A stretch of DNA of 64,000 bases, from assembly GCA_028534125.1 (NCBI GenBank), contig CM052816.1, positions 41,108,001-41,172,000 of the forward strand, read 5' to 3'. Shown here piece after piece: positions 1 to 13,669 of the stretch; within the stretch, counting starts at the first letter, position 1, and each line of letters begins with the position of its first letter. The stretch comes from Lama glama (taxonomy: Eukaryota). The position numbers and the translations under genes are program-made. The notes beneath the pieces were generated by a model. The model saw only the letters and a program-made list of their open reading frames with translations. It made no database searches and had not been told where the DNA came from.

Positions 1-59
1 AGACCATTCGAGAAGTGCTAAAAAGAGGAAATGAGTTAGGTGGAACTTACATAGACACA

Positions 60-286
60 GAACAGTCCAAGGAAGGCTTGGCAGGGCTGTCTGAGTCCCC
101 AGGCCAAAGTTGCCATCAGAGGAGTCCCCTGTCTCCCTGCTGTGCTCAGTCACTGACCAGGAGCAGCCAGGGGAAGTGTGCCTCAGAGCAAGCAGGTTCT
201 GGGTTTCAGAGCGCAGCATCTACGGCCGCGGTCAGTTAAGCTCCCTGCAGCTGCAGGTCTGCAAGGCAGCTTCTCAGAACCACCAG
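60..286 (-). mobile_element. ERVL-type LTR fragment (LTR67B/LTR16-like)
   Basis: ccaaagttgccatcagaggagtccc...gctcagtcactg...ggagcagcc...tttcagagcgcagca...gctccctgcagctgcaggtctgcaaggc resembles the recalled reverse-strand ERVL LTR consensus. Subfamily is uncertain. Confidence 0.55.
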
Positions 287-1344
287 CGTATCCTTGAACA
301 CTACACTACACTATACTATCCATTAGTCCAAAGCAGGGGGAACGGTTGAAGAAGAACCAGAGAGAGCAGTCCTGCGACTAAGATTGAGTGTAGTAAAGAG
401 GATATAGAGCGGTACTAAATCCAGTATAACACAGATTCTGTAAATCCTTGCACATTTTTTCCAAGTCAGAATCGAAATTCTAGAAGAGTTCTCTTTGTAA
501 GTCCATATAATTTATGGACAAAGATAATGTACAGTTGCATAGATGTATCTCAGACAGATCTAGAACATGGGCTCATGAGGGTTTGACACACCTGAAATAT
601 TCATCTTGGGAACCTGCCTGTTTGGTACTCAGGACAGTGCTGGGGGTGCCCACAGGGGCTTCTTCCCAGGAAGCAGGCAGCCACACAGCCAGAGACGCCC
701 AAGCAATCAGGAAGGGGTAAGAAGGATCTAAAAATCTCTCAAGGTTAATGGATGTTGAAAATCCTGTTGAGATCTTCACCCCATCAGATGGTATTATCTG
801 CACCAGGCAGTCTTTGGGGACTTTGAAAACCAGGAGGAGCTTGTCTCTCTGAGAGAGAGATTATTCTCCAGTCTTCTGCATTTCACAACTATCTAAACAT
901 AGTACATTGTATCCTTTGTATACATGCACAAATATATCTTCTACATGAGTCTATGGGCATTTTCTGGTCAACTACTTTCACCATGTGACACTTGAACAAC
1001 TGTGAATTCTTATACTTACTTACAGCTTAACTAAGATTTAAAAAAAATTTAGAGGTTACACCAGAAATGTCCATGTAGTTAGAGATTTCAGAAGGCCTGA
1101 TTTTTTCCTACATGGCTTACTATAACAAATTATCAGTTATTCCTACCCCTGCCTCACTTCTACAAAAATTTATCTATACACTGGCACCAGATGAATCTTC
1201 TGGAACAGCAAACTATCATGAAAATTAAATGCACAATTATTTAAATTCCAAGATTTTTTGATCACTTACGTGACTAGGTAAGTCACAAAAGCCTGACATT
1301 CAATTTCCTTATCTATGAAACGCAAACAAGATGCTTCTTCTAGT

Positions 1345-2025
1345 CATCAATTTAATGCCTGCCACTGGACCTTTGCCAGCGGGCATGTCAAATTTAATCG
1401 GTGGGGGCGCTAGAGGGACACTGGAGGCGGTAGGTTTTTCTCCAGGTTCTGATGTTCCTCTCCCCCAGGTTCCTGCAGCACACAGGGCTTGGATGCTCAG
1501 TTCCTGCTTCGTATGACAGCCAGCAGCACCTTTTGGTAAGCAGCACTCAGCACCTCTCCCTGAGGAGATCCTTTGGCACCTCCTCGAGCAGCTTTGCAGA
1601 AGGTGTGACCACCCGCACTTCCCCGTGAACAGCTTTCCCCTTGGCTTTACTTGGAGTTCGGAGTGTCAGCCCTTCCCCAGCACAATTTCAACATCACCCC
1701 AAAGGACAGTTCCCAGTTATTTCTGCTTGTGACACCTCAGCCAGCTGTGCTGTCCAGTGAACCACGAATGCATCTTTTCCAACAATGTCTGGATTTTAGT
1801 CCACTAGTCTCCCAGGAAGAAATCATCTAAAATTGCCTCTTCCTTGGGTGTCAGCCCTCGCTAGGAATAGAGGCTTCTCCGTGTATTTGCTATTGTAAAA
1901 TTCTTTAGTTTTCTCTTCCCCTTACTAGCCAATCCCATGTTATAGTCAATAATTCTTTATGTTTAACTTCCCTTGTTTAAATCACTGTGTGATTTCTGCC
2001 TTCTAATTGGAACTCCACTAATACA
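1345..2025 (+). mobile_element. ERVL solo LTR, LTR41/LTR33-like
   Basis: Internal gggggcgctagagggacactggagg, plus a typical ERVL 3' terminus aataattctttatg...tgtgtgatttctgccttctaattggaactccactaataca ending in CA. Confidence 0.7.
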
Positions 2026-3837
2026 TGAGTATTACCAATTGCCACAGGAGTGTTAATTGAAATGAGGGATATTAATTCCAAAGCACGGTAACATGCTAAT
2101 GGCAAAAGTGCACACTAAGTTGTAACTGTTGATGTTACTAATGGAATTTAATCCTGACAATAATTCCTAATCAGCCAAATTGGCAAACCCATCATTCTGC
2201 AAACATACTTGTGTTTCTTATCTCTGTCTCTGCTCATGCTAATACCTCTGCTTAGGCTGCCTTTGAACCAACCCTTCAGGATTCAGAACCACTTGGAAAA
2301 TAATGGAATTCTACCCTAGGGTTGTTCAGCCCAAGCACAAGGGATCCTTGATTTCAAAGCAAATGCCCTTGGTGACAAAAATTCATTTTGATCTAACAAA
2401 CATTGTTTTAGCCTTCTCTGTATGCCAAACATTATTCTCTTCACAACAAATACTAAAGAAGAATATGATAGCTTTCTGCCCTCAAGTCACTTACATCCCA
2501 TTAGTATATGCAGAATTGATGACAGAGAGCTATAATGTAATTCTAATGGGGTTACAAATTTATTTACACTACACTTAAATGTCCACAGAAAATATATCTT
2601 CTTTTATCTGTTACTGGTCCTACTTTCTAAGTAGTGCAGTAAACATAAATATTAAACTTGTCCAACATAGTAAAATGTTTCTAACAGTGTCTTTTAATAC
2701 ACAGCCTCTTGTCTGTCTAAATAATACTCCAAATTCTACATTTGCTCCACTCTCAGAAGGCATCTAGTTTGTTAAAGGTAGTTTATTTGACTTCACAGCA
2801 TTAGTAGGAAGGAAACATCCTTCCCCGTGCTGGTCAGGGTTTCTGAGCCATCGTTGCAATACTTTCCATCCTTGGGCAACATGAGAGTTCCTCCTGCTCA
2901 ACTTCTGCCTGGAGCAGCTTGTCATTTTTGTCTCTAGCAATCTGCTTGGGCCTTGGTGAGACCAAGGCATGCCCACAGACCCTCAGTTACCTCTAATATT
3001 CCCCCTCGATGTGGGACAAAGAGGAAACTCTGGTGCCTTTGAACCAAAGAGAGCCGAGGCTCACTCATGAATGACGCTAATGACGGCGGCACTTAGTTTC
3101 CTACAGGACGGCCAAGGGCAAATTCCAGACCACAGCTTACTTCCCGTGGTCCCTACAAGAGTCCCACATGGGAAGAGGAGCCAAAATGGCTCCTGCTTCA
3201 GTGTCCCCCTCTGACATCTGAAGTACCTTCTGCGCCAGGATTTCATTTTAGAGGGACCACACTGGGACTCACACACCTCAAGCACTGTGTCTCACCCCAG
3301 CTTCCTTTGGTTCCCATAATTCCCTGGGGCCAGGGGGAGCAGATTTTTATCTTACTTCTTCTCTAACAGTGATTTCATCTATGTTGTCATTTCTCTTTTC
3401 TCAGCTCGTTCCACATGGAAAAGCCTTATGACAGCAGAGAAACGGGCTTATTAGTAAAGACATTTACAAAGTTTTATCTACTACATCACTTTCATCTCAC
3501 AGGGTACTTCAATTACACAATCCCCTTCGCAATATTCCCTGAAAATTCGTAAGTGGCATCTCAATTTTCTTTTCCTTCCCGAAGTGCCGCTTGATTGGCT
3601 CAACCACAGTTCAGCACGTGGCACTAACTCAGGACACTGCTCTGACTGTGTGTGTGTGTGTGTGGTAAAAATATTTAGCATGACTTTTGAGCCAGAAATT
3701 GACTTTGCAACCTGTGTTTCCCTCTTAAAGTTCCCCTAGCAACAAACAGCATCTTCATTTCTCTGTATGGACTACATGTCCAGGCAGAGAATAATTTAGA
3801 CACAGCATCAAAAAGAAATGTTTTTCAGGGGCAGGCA

Positions 3838-3995
3838 GGGGTGGGTACGTATAGCTCAGTAGTAGACTGTGTACTTAGCATACAGTACCTCCATTAAAGA
3901 AAGAAAGAAACAAACAAACTGACCTAATTACCCCCCACAAAAAATAAAATTCAATAGTTGGACAAAAAAATATTTAAACATAAAGAAAAAAAAAA
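3838..3995 (+). mobile_element. Camelid tRNA-derived SINE (vic-1-like), B-box deleted
   Basis: gtatagctcagtagtag (A box)...cttagcatac|agtacctccatt, A-rich linker, cctaattacccccc and A tail. Lacks the gaggtcctgggttcaatcccc segment present in the other copies. Confidence 0.85.
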
Positions 3996-5479
3996 GAAAG
4001 ATTATTTCTACCCCTCGTCACCAAGGCCTCTTCCCTTAGCAATCTGGCAGGAGGCATTAAAAAAAAAAAGTTTTTCAAATACTTAAAAACACTGTAAACC
4101 CACTTCAGAGACACACAAGTGAAGTGGTACTTAATGATGCCAACACAATCCCCAGGGTAAGTCTAAGCAAACCACAGAAGATTATGATCTAAAAAGACTT
4201 TGAAAGAGTAAAAGGAGTTATTGAATTAACTTGGGAGGAGAGGGTACTGTCCTCAAACTCAGAGATCATGTGTTATCTCTGTATTCTGCATAACGCCTCA
4301 CAAAGCTCCTCTGGAATTGTAGCAATAGTAAGTTATTTGTTAAACTGGATTTAACAGAACTGATATGTCATACTCAGTTTCATATTGAGTAAGGAGAAAT
4401 TAAAGTCATTCACATTTCCTTGATAATATAAAAGCATCTTCCTCTGCAAAAAATTCTCCTTAAATTTCAGGCTGACCCTGAAATGTTTTGGAAAGCAGGG
4501 CTTATGTTTATTTCTTCTAAAAATGAATACATTTAATTATAAAAGGCCTAAGTGGCTGCCACTGTGTTAGGCTTCTACACCCCATTTCATAGACATTTTC
4601 ATGAACGATTGCTTTTGTTTGCTTTCTGTTGAAGGGTGTCTGGGTTATTTCTTTGATTGGAAAAAGAGAAGTTATTGTTGCACGTACAGTTCAAAACAGC
4701 CTTCTTCCCTGACTGATTCTGTAGTCACAACAAGCATATTGCTGCAGGTGGTGGTGAGTCTGAAATTCAGCTTAAGGGAGAGAAATCAATGATTCACTTT
4801 AAGGAAAAATAACTAGCTTTAGGCAAAAAATTGTAATTCAGGACAATAAATGAAAGTAGTATATATCATGTTCAGAAATTGTTTTAGTGATACAACAAAG
4901 AGCTGAGAAATTCAGCAGTTTCTAATGCCTTTTTTGTCTTATAGTGTTGTATATGCTTTTTATAAAGTCATCTAAGCTTTCATCTAAGGGTTCTTTGTCT
5001 GATGCAGTGTTGTAAGCTTAGCAGAAATGTGAAGTACCCTGAGAAGGAATTCAGTCAAAATTCTGTCACACTGATCATAACAGACCATCTACATGGGAAC
5101 CCAACAGGCAAAATTTAAGTACATCAGTGACACACCACAGAGATAGACTGAGCTGATTAGAGAGACCCTAGAAACGATCTTTGGAATAATTTAATTCACA
5201 TATTCAGGTATGATTTTTGAAATACATGAAAAGATGTCAGAAGAAACACATGTTTACTTAAGCATAGACTGCAGTCATTTCTGGGAATTAATGCAGAAGC
5301 ACACACTTGCTTTCACAATGTGAAGAAGCAATGGAATTATCTCTAAAATACAAACTATGTAAATTAGGTATAAGAGAAAACAATATAGATTTGTAGAAAA
5401 AGTATGGGGTCTTCATTTGGACTATCTTGAATATGATAGTTCGGTAATTGACAAAAAGCCAAGTTAGGCAGAATTTCTT

Positions 5480-6900
5480 GATGAGGCTGAGGACAAGGGG
5501 CACTCAGACATTGCTGGAGGGAATGCAAACTGGTACAACGCTTATGGAAGGGAAGTAACCAATACTAGCAAACTCATAAACGTTCTAATCTTTGATAGAG
5601 CAATCTCTCTCCTCGAAAACTAGCCTAAAGATACCGTGGAAAAAATTAGAAAGATATATACAATGTCTATCAATTAGATAATTATAATTTACAACAAAAG
5701 ATTGGAAATAACCATTTACAGAACTTGAAAAATTATTTCATATTCATACAACAAAATATACATATTGCCGATATATATTCCTAAAGTGAATAAGCAATGT
5801 AGAGAAAGTTTGCACAGTATTCTGTCATTTATCTAAAACTGGTATTTGTAATTCCACTAATATTACTATGTTTTTAAATCATCAATATTTTTAAATCTGT
5901 GAGTTTGGAGTAATTTTTAAAAAGAAACTCATTAATCATTTATGGAAGATGTTATATAATTAACTCAGTATTTTTAAAAAACTGGATAAAGGTAAAGTAT
6001 CAAACATTAACCTGGACTTTCTTTATTAACTGTACCTCAGAGTAACAAAATAGTTGAGTGAAATTTTCTCTTCATAGACGTGTCACAGCTAATAAATAAA
6101 GATGAGTAGAATTAGAGTATCATGGTTTTGCAACCCATAAGGAAATGATTCATAGCTACAAAAACAGGAATCACACAATGGGTCTTCCTTTTTTTCGTAT
6201 ATTGTTTTCTTTGGGGAGGTGGGGGTAATTAGGTTCAATTATTTATTTGTTTATTTAATGGAGGTACTGGGGATCGAACCCAGGACCTCGTGCATGCTAA
6301 GCACATACTCTACCACTGAGCTATACCCTCCCCTCCACAACAGATTTCTTCTTGATATAAGTGTTTAATATAACCTATGAAAGAATATTTGAAAATATAG
6401 AACTCTACCTAATCAGGCCTCTAAATTGAATAGCCACTTTATAGAACATAGACGGACAGCATAGCATCTTGAATATAGCAGAGGTATGCAGACTATGGAA
6501 AATTCCATCAAACAATCCTGTTATTTCAACAACTGAATTTCAAAAATGAATAAAATAAAAAGGAGGAGAAGGAAGGGAGTTTAAGGTTAAAATAGAACAA
6601 TTACATGAACCAATTTCAATGCATTGAACTTTTTTCAACCATAATTGAAAGTGAAAAAAATGAGGCAGAGGAATCTGAGCCCTGTTTATTTACTAATATT
6701 AAGGAATTATAATTTTTAAATGTGATGACAGTATTGTTGGTAATTTCATTAGTAATTTTTGACTTTCAGATAGAAGTAGTATGAGTATTTGCTTTGAAAT
6801 AAAACAGGGGAAGAGGGGAAGTGGGAAGAAGGGTGGATCAGTAAGACTGGCCAAGAGTTGATAATTGTTTAAACTGCACAATATACATGTAGGAGTTCAT
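5480..6900 (+). mobile_element. Old L1 (L1ME/L1MC-like) 3' region fragments, interrupted by a SINE
   Basis: cactcagacattgctggagggaatgcaaactggtacaac...agcaatctctctcctcg matches the L1 ORF2 end/3'UTR. Later tgtgatgacagtattg and agttgataattgtt...ggagttcattatacta are also L1 3'UTR-like. Confidence 0.6.
6189..6336 (-). mobile_element. Camelid tRNA-derived SINE (vic-1-like)
   Basis: Reverse complement reads ggggagggtatagctcagtggtagagtatgtgcttagcatgcacgaggtcctgggttcgatccccagtacctccatt, with intact A and B boxes, then cctaattacc and an A-rich tail. Confidence 0.92.
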
Positions 6901-8789
6901 TATACTAGTAGGTCTTGTCTCATGTATGTTCGAAGTTTTCAATAAGAGAGAAATTATTGTTGGTATAAGTGATTAATTCTGGATCTGGACAAGTTACCAG
7001 CCTTCCCTGAACAGCACCCGTAGCAGGAATTGTTTTCACAGGGTGGTTGTTTAGCAGGTAACCTGTTAATGCCAGCTCCCTTCATACCTTAACCAAAGTC
7101 CACTAAATTCTTTGGCATCTGACAGAAAGTAATACATTTTTGCAGGTTAAGTAAAATGTCAACTTACCTGTTACATTAACAGAAAAACAGAAGCACAGAA
7201 ACTTAAGCACATTTGTTATGGTCACTTACGCCAAGATTCAACATTAAATCTCAAATCCAAATGTAATTTTGTAACAGAATTTTTAAACATCACACATTTA
7301 CTCTAAAATCACCCAAACTTCAGAGTTGTGCTCTACTTCATGTAAAACAAAACCAACAAACTGAATAAAGACAAGAATAAGTACCCATGCGCAACAACAG
7401 ATTTGCTTGTTGCATTTAAGCTATATTATTTTACAAGGTACGTATTTGTACCTCTGAGATTTACTTGAGAGTTATGATGAACATTAAAGCGCTATGTGAG
7501 GCACAAAACTTTAAGCTTTACTCCTGTAGGAGAAAAGGTACTGGATGCATCTTTAAACGTAGCAAGCATTTTAAAGCTAACTCACTACCCCAGCCCTGGA
7601 GAAGTACAACCCTGCAGCCTGTTTAGAGGGACTGGAACTATCAGAAACAAATTTTTTTTATGGGCATGGGGACAACATCAAGGCAGGTTGTGGCTTACCC
7701 TGTGACATGGTCACAGTGGCTCGTCATAATTATAAATGTAAAAGCTGGTTGGTCAGTTAATTCCATAAATTATTGGCAGAAATGCCCCAAAACATCTTCC
7801 TGCCTATCCCTCATGTGACCTGAGGCAGCATGGCGTTCTCTATTTTCCATCTATTATCTTGATAGACAGTAACAGATTGTGTTTTAAACTAGTATCTAAT
7901 TTCCCACAAGCCACACGCACACCCTATTCTGCCCTCCAAAAACAAACAATCACCGTTCCAAGATTATTTTGTAAGATAACAGAAATAATAATAGCCCCTA
8001 AATGGTGCTTATTCCATTTGTACTACTGAAACTATTTGGCAAATGGGCCACAAAGACATAATGGCATTTTGGTTTGCTACATTTAGGAGCATCTGAACTT
8101 TTGAGAACTTTTTATTATCCCCTCTTTGCACTGTTCACATAGGTCTTTACTGTAGCAATCAGTTGCTGTTAAGTTTCCTAATCTAGGAGTGAAATGGAAT
8201 AGGCTATTTTTAAGAAGATGCAACAGCCTATGGAGAAGGTCAGAAATAAGAAGTAGATAAATTTGTACTGAGTCAAAAGGTTCTGAGCAGAGCAGGATGG
8301 GGGTCAAATTAAAAGTTGGAGTGTAACCAAATATACTCCAAATTAATTGGTTCTCATTCCCAGATAAGCACGAAGCAACAACTTGTTGAAGACAATCTAA
8401 GGCTAGACCACTGAGTCAGCAACTAGACCAGGTGCAGAAGCATCTGTAAGTGACACATTCAGCGACGTTTTTGCCTAAAATGTCTGAGAAAGATGAAGAG
8501 ATGTTACAGCTGTGAAGTCAAGCCTATTATGAATTTTTTTCCAATTTTTCTCTCCCAACCTCAAGTTGAGAAGGTAGTTTGGACAATAAAGAATGGGAGG
8601 AAGGAAAGGAGGAAAAAATTTGTAGACAAATATGAATGAATAAATATGGATCAAGTTTTTAAGAGAGAACTATAGTAACAAAGGAAGAAGAGAAATGTAA
8701 TTCCAGATAGATCTAGAAAACTTATAAACACTGGGCTTACAGTATTAGCAGATACTATGTAACATGTTCAAATGTACATTATATTTTTA

Positions 8790-8970
8790 AAGATGTAATA
8801 TATATTAAACATTAATCTTCCCAACAAGTTTATGAATTAAGCCCTATTTTAAGTCCAGTATTTTGGGATAACATCACTTAGTCTTAGAGAGGTTAAATGC
8901 TTTACCTAAGATCATGCAACAAATTCAGTGACTCCAAAATTTAAAGCACAACTGTCTGATTGAAAAGCTG
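8790..8970 (-). mobile_element. MIR relic
   Basis: ttaatcttcccaacaa...cttagagaggttaaatgctttacctaagatcatgcaac matches the MIR core. Confidence 0.6.
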
Positions 8971-10294
8971 ACAGCTTAATCAGTCTTTACAGAATGCAAT
9001 GAAGGCAGTCATTAATATATGATGTTTAAGATTTTTAATAATATGACAAAAGTTTCTGTAAAAGCCAAGAAAGACACTAAATTTAACATAGAAAGACAGA
9101 GTCAGTTGTAAAATTACATATAAAAAGGAGACATACATAGTTGAAGTATTAATAGTTATTGCTGTGGGTATTGATTTTTAAGCTTTTTCTTCCCCTTGTT
9201 TATATTTCCCCTCATTAAAAAAACTTTCTTCTACAGTGATATATCTTACTTTTATAGTTAGTGATAAATGTGTAGTAATTGTTTCAATGCCTCCAAATTA
9301 TATTCACTGGGACCAGTTTTAATTGATGCAATGCTACTTCTCAAAAACTTAAATTTATTATAGCTCACTACCTATTTTATCCCAAATCGAGTCAGTTTCT
9401 CCCTTCTCTAAGCTTTTGGGCTAAAAATTATAGAAATTAATTCCCAAATCTATTTTGTCCCTTTATTTCCCCAAAGAATCTCTTATTCTCTTCTGGAAAT
9501 TTCCTCGTCTCCAATTCAACATTTCTAAAACTTAAATCAACATTTTCTAAATCCAATGTCATCATGTGTCTTGATTTCCCTATTAATGTTCATTTTCTTA
9601 ACGTTTTGGGCAAAACCCTTGGGACGACTTTAAAGGAACAACTTTGTTCCTTACATTCTGTCAGTCTCTAATTCTTCTGGAGGCTTTCTTTGATATATTT
9701 GTCATACTTATCCTTGCCTTTTCATTCTAAATGGCACCCTCTGTGTCATGTGCCTGCCAAGTTGGCCTAAGGTACACACCAGACACTTTCCAAACACCAT
9801 TCTCAAAATTATGTGAAAGCACCATCTTCACCATGTCATTCCTGTGTTCTCATGTGGTCAAAGATTCACCAGTGTCTATCAACTGTTTATCCAAGTATTT
9901 AAGCCTCACCTCCTGCCCTAGCCTATTCCAAACAACGTTTTGTTTCAAATGCTACTACCTGGTTCCTTCATTCCAGTTTAAATTTGGTTTTCCATTCTCC
10001 ACATATTTTATATCTCTGTGGTCAGTTAAATTGCGTCTGTTCCTTATAGCCTACTTCAGACTTCAGCTTCTTGAAGGCCTCACTAGCATGAAGCCTCCTT
10101 AGACACTATAGATAATAATGTTTCTTCCAAAGAAGTCTAAATAACTGAAGAGGGTACTGTTCACAGTATCAAGACTCAGGAAGAGGATTTTGTTATTCCC
10201 TTTTAACAGACAGAGAGGCTGAAAACACACTAAATGATTTCAGCAAGCTACATAAAAAGTCAGAGCCTACATCATAATTAAGAAACATATTGCT

Positions 10295-10451
10295 GGGGGG
10301 AAGATACAGCTCAAGCAGCAGAGTGTATGCTTAGCATGCACAAGGTCCTGGGTTCAATCCCCAGTGCTTCTTCTAAAACATAAATAAATAAACAAACAAA
10401 CAAACAAACCCTAATTACCTCCCCTTATGTAAATAAATAAAAATAAAAATA
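10295..10451 (+). mobile_element. Camelid tRNA-derived SINE (vic-1-like) with perfect 14-bp TSD
   Basis: A box, B box (ggttcaatcc), (caaa)n linker, cctaattacctcccc and A tail. TSD aagaaacatattgc at 10280-10293 and 10452-10465. Confidence 0.92.
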
Positions 10452-12984
10452 AAGAAACATATTGCCAAGTACTAAATTGGTATGAGTGGACTTTTTATAA
10501 TTGAGAAGTCTAACCCACCCTATGAAATGTTTCATCAAGACATCTATTGCAAATAAATATTTTCTTCTCAGCAAGGAAAGTACTGAAATCCAAATGTTTC
10601 ATCAAGGATCAATGAAAACAACAGGTATTGTTTCAAGTTCCTTACTCCACCTGTTCAGCTTAAAGAGACCACAAAAGATGACAGATACTCTATTTCAGAA
10701 AAACGTTTATCTCTAACAGTTGCTCATTTCAGTCACTGCTTTGATATACACCTCAGCACAAACAATACAACAGAGGTATAATATCCTGGGGACAAAGAAT
10801 CCATACGGTGGCTTTATGGAAAAACAGCTTGTATCAGAGGTAAGGACAGAAAACTAAACACACGAGTCTCTCGCCTCTGCTCTTCTCTGTTGTCATGATC
10901 CTAAGAAAGTCAGAGAAGATCAATTTTTATCTTCACTCTTATTAATAAAATAACAAAGCTCCACCTTTATTTTATCTTTCATCATCCATGGGAAAATGCC
11001 AAACTCTTCTGTTTGTAGGCAAGTTGTTATTCTTTGCCTCACTGAGTCCAGCAATTAATTTGAATTTAAATAGTTGGTGGGGGTTGGTTAGGGCTCTAGG
11101 AAACCTTAATTCACCAGATACATTTTAGAAAGTAATGAATACTGAATTACTTTGTAACTTGCATTTTTAAAATTTAACACAGTACCTTATTTTCCTGCTC
11201 TTTCCCTAATAACTTTCTGTGTTTTGTGGTTCTGTTTTTTATTAGAAAAATGAATGTAGAGAGAGTTAACATGAGTCAAGAATATGAAGCTCATTAAAGA
11301 ATTATGAAATCTTACTATTAAAATTATATCCTTATTATCTTAGCAAGGTTCCACATTATTTCCAAGGAAATATTTAGTCCTTTTTATAACATACAGTTAT
11401 TTCAGACTATGAATTTCTGTAAGAATTAAAGAGACGTTCCCTTCCTTTGCCTCAGGTATCAAACCAAATGCATATACTTCCTAATAAAATAATTTCAAAA
11501 AAAGATATTTCATCAAAAACATTATACTTATCTTCATATTAAAAATGTTGAAAAATAAAATAGGCATATAAAATCAGATACACATATGTGATAATATAAT
11601 TTGTACATGTTATTTAACTTCTAATTTTTGAGCAATGATTTAACTGTAAATGAAATATTAAACATGTAAAGTATGCTTTCATATCTCTGAACAGTCTTCA
11701 GAAAAATCCTTCAATAAGTTTATTCAATCTTATTTAAAATAATTTTGTTATTTAATTGAATAGTTAGTAATGGTCACATGTTGTAAGTCTGATGAAATAG
11801 TATACAACCAGTGTTAAAATCCCTTATTTTCCTGCGCACCACAAATGCACCTGTGAAGAAATTCTAATATCTGAAGGAACAGAGCAAGGACCATTTAGTG
11901 AGCCTGAGTTCTCGTTACCATATTAAATTCTTGGGTTACCCTAGTCAACAGTGTTGGAAGGTCACAGTATAGATGAAGTAGTCGCAGGGAACAGAAGCAT
12001 CTGGGAGCCAGGAGGGAAGCACTGATGTCAAGTGTGCAAGGGGAGGGCTTAGGAAGAGACACCTGCATCCCTGGTGGCCTCACAAAGAGAGCATTTAGGT
12101 CATCAGGCACACCTATTTGAGGCCGTGATTATTTGCCCTGGGGTCCTCCTCTTCCTTGTTTTTCTCATTTGCTTCCTTTTCTGTCACTTTTCATGTTGGA
12201 ATGCTTGTAGGTGTCCCTTGTGAAAGGTATTTGAAAAGTATAAGAATTATATGTAGAAGATTTTCAGTTCTTCACAGGGAAAGTGTCACAAAATCTAATA
12301 CATAAATAATAAATCAATTCAACAGATGTTGGCTTTTTCTTGTCAGACAGTGACTTTCAAATCCTGATTCAGAATCTGTGACAGAATAAATAAACTAAAA
12401 GTCAAACTCAATTTGTCTACCTTACCCAAGGACAAAAGATAAAAATGTTAGATTAAACAGAATTATCTATATCTATCTATCAAGTAAGACGGGACAAGAA
12501 GCATCAATCATGTATTTAAAGCAGATCTTATGAAAAACAACATGCAGAACAGGAGTTTTTCCAAGCTGAATATTTTGTTTATTAAATGGAAATTAATAAA
12601 CCCAAACCGTATGTTCTTAACTAGCGCTAAAAATAATTTAACACACTTTAAAGAAGCAAATACTGAATATTAGCCAAGAAATACTAAAATCAAAGGACTG
12701 AGATTTCCTCACAACTTCATTTTTTTAAAAAATCACTGTTTTATGGCATTACAAGCAGAACATTAGTCAAGAAGAAGACAATCTTTGTATCAAGAAATGG
12801 AATACAGGCCTCTGGAATTCTAAGTTCTCTATCAACAGTTCTTGGAAATTTATCATCTTTGCCTATATTTCTGCTTTTAGCACTATGGTTCAAATACTTA
12901 TTATTTAAATTTATCTATCCCTGAAAATTCCACAACTTAGATTATTATAAATGTTAAGTATCATATGTGGAAAAACTTTGAACC

Positions 12985-13151
12985 CCTGGTACTTAATGTG
13001 ATGCACAGACAGTCAGCATAGGCATTATGCTGGGAACCTACTGGATACACAGAATTGAGAGTCTCACCCCTAGATCTACTGAATCAAAATCTCAATTTTG
13101 ACCAAAATTTCCCAAGTGATTTGGATGCACATTACAATTTGAGAAGCACTG
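12985..13151. mobile_element. MER5-family hAT-Charlie DNA transposon relic
   Basis: agatctactgaatcaaaatctcaattttgacc...aagtgatttggatgcacattacaatttgagaagcactg matches the MER5 terminal sequence. Confidence 0.75.
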
Positions 13152-13669
13152 ATTTGGCCACTGGCACATAATTAGCCTTCTACATCTATTAACATTTTTT
13201 GTTGTTGTTGTAAATCAAATCCAACCTCTCAAATATACTCACTTAGAAGAATTACATGATGCCATTGAGTGAATGGAAAGGATTGCTTCTGCAGGTTAAA
13301 TTTCATAGCAAAAAAATATGTTCACTGAATGGAAAAAAATCTTAGGAAAACTATGAAGCAGACCAGGTTTCTCTTTTGTGATCTAACCCAACCCTCACCA
13401 ATGACAATTCCCTCACAAATGTCCATTTCCCTTTTAACTACATTTTTGCCCCCCCACCCTTTCTTATTCTTCTACACTGTTTTTTCCCTTTTGAAGGGAT
13501 TACCTTTGTCAAAATTTTGTCAAACCCCTGAGTGGTTTGTTTCTTTTTTTTTTGCATACACTTAATATTTAAAACAAGGTTTTCTTTCTGTCCTTTTTGG
13601 GTTTTGTTATTATTATATATCAAATTTGCACACACACAAAACTCACAACAAATGTGAGGTGCTTAAAAA

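Noticed and set aside
6255..6333. tRNA-Ala-like sequence with A and B boxes, as a tRNA gene
   Set aside because: It is the head of a SINE: there is a non-tRNA 3' body, an A-rich tail and four diverged sister copies in the window.
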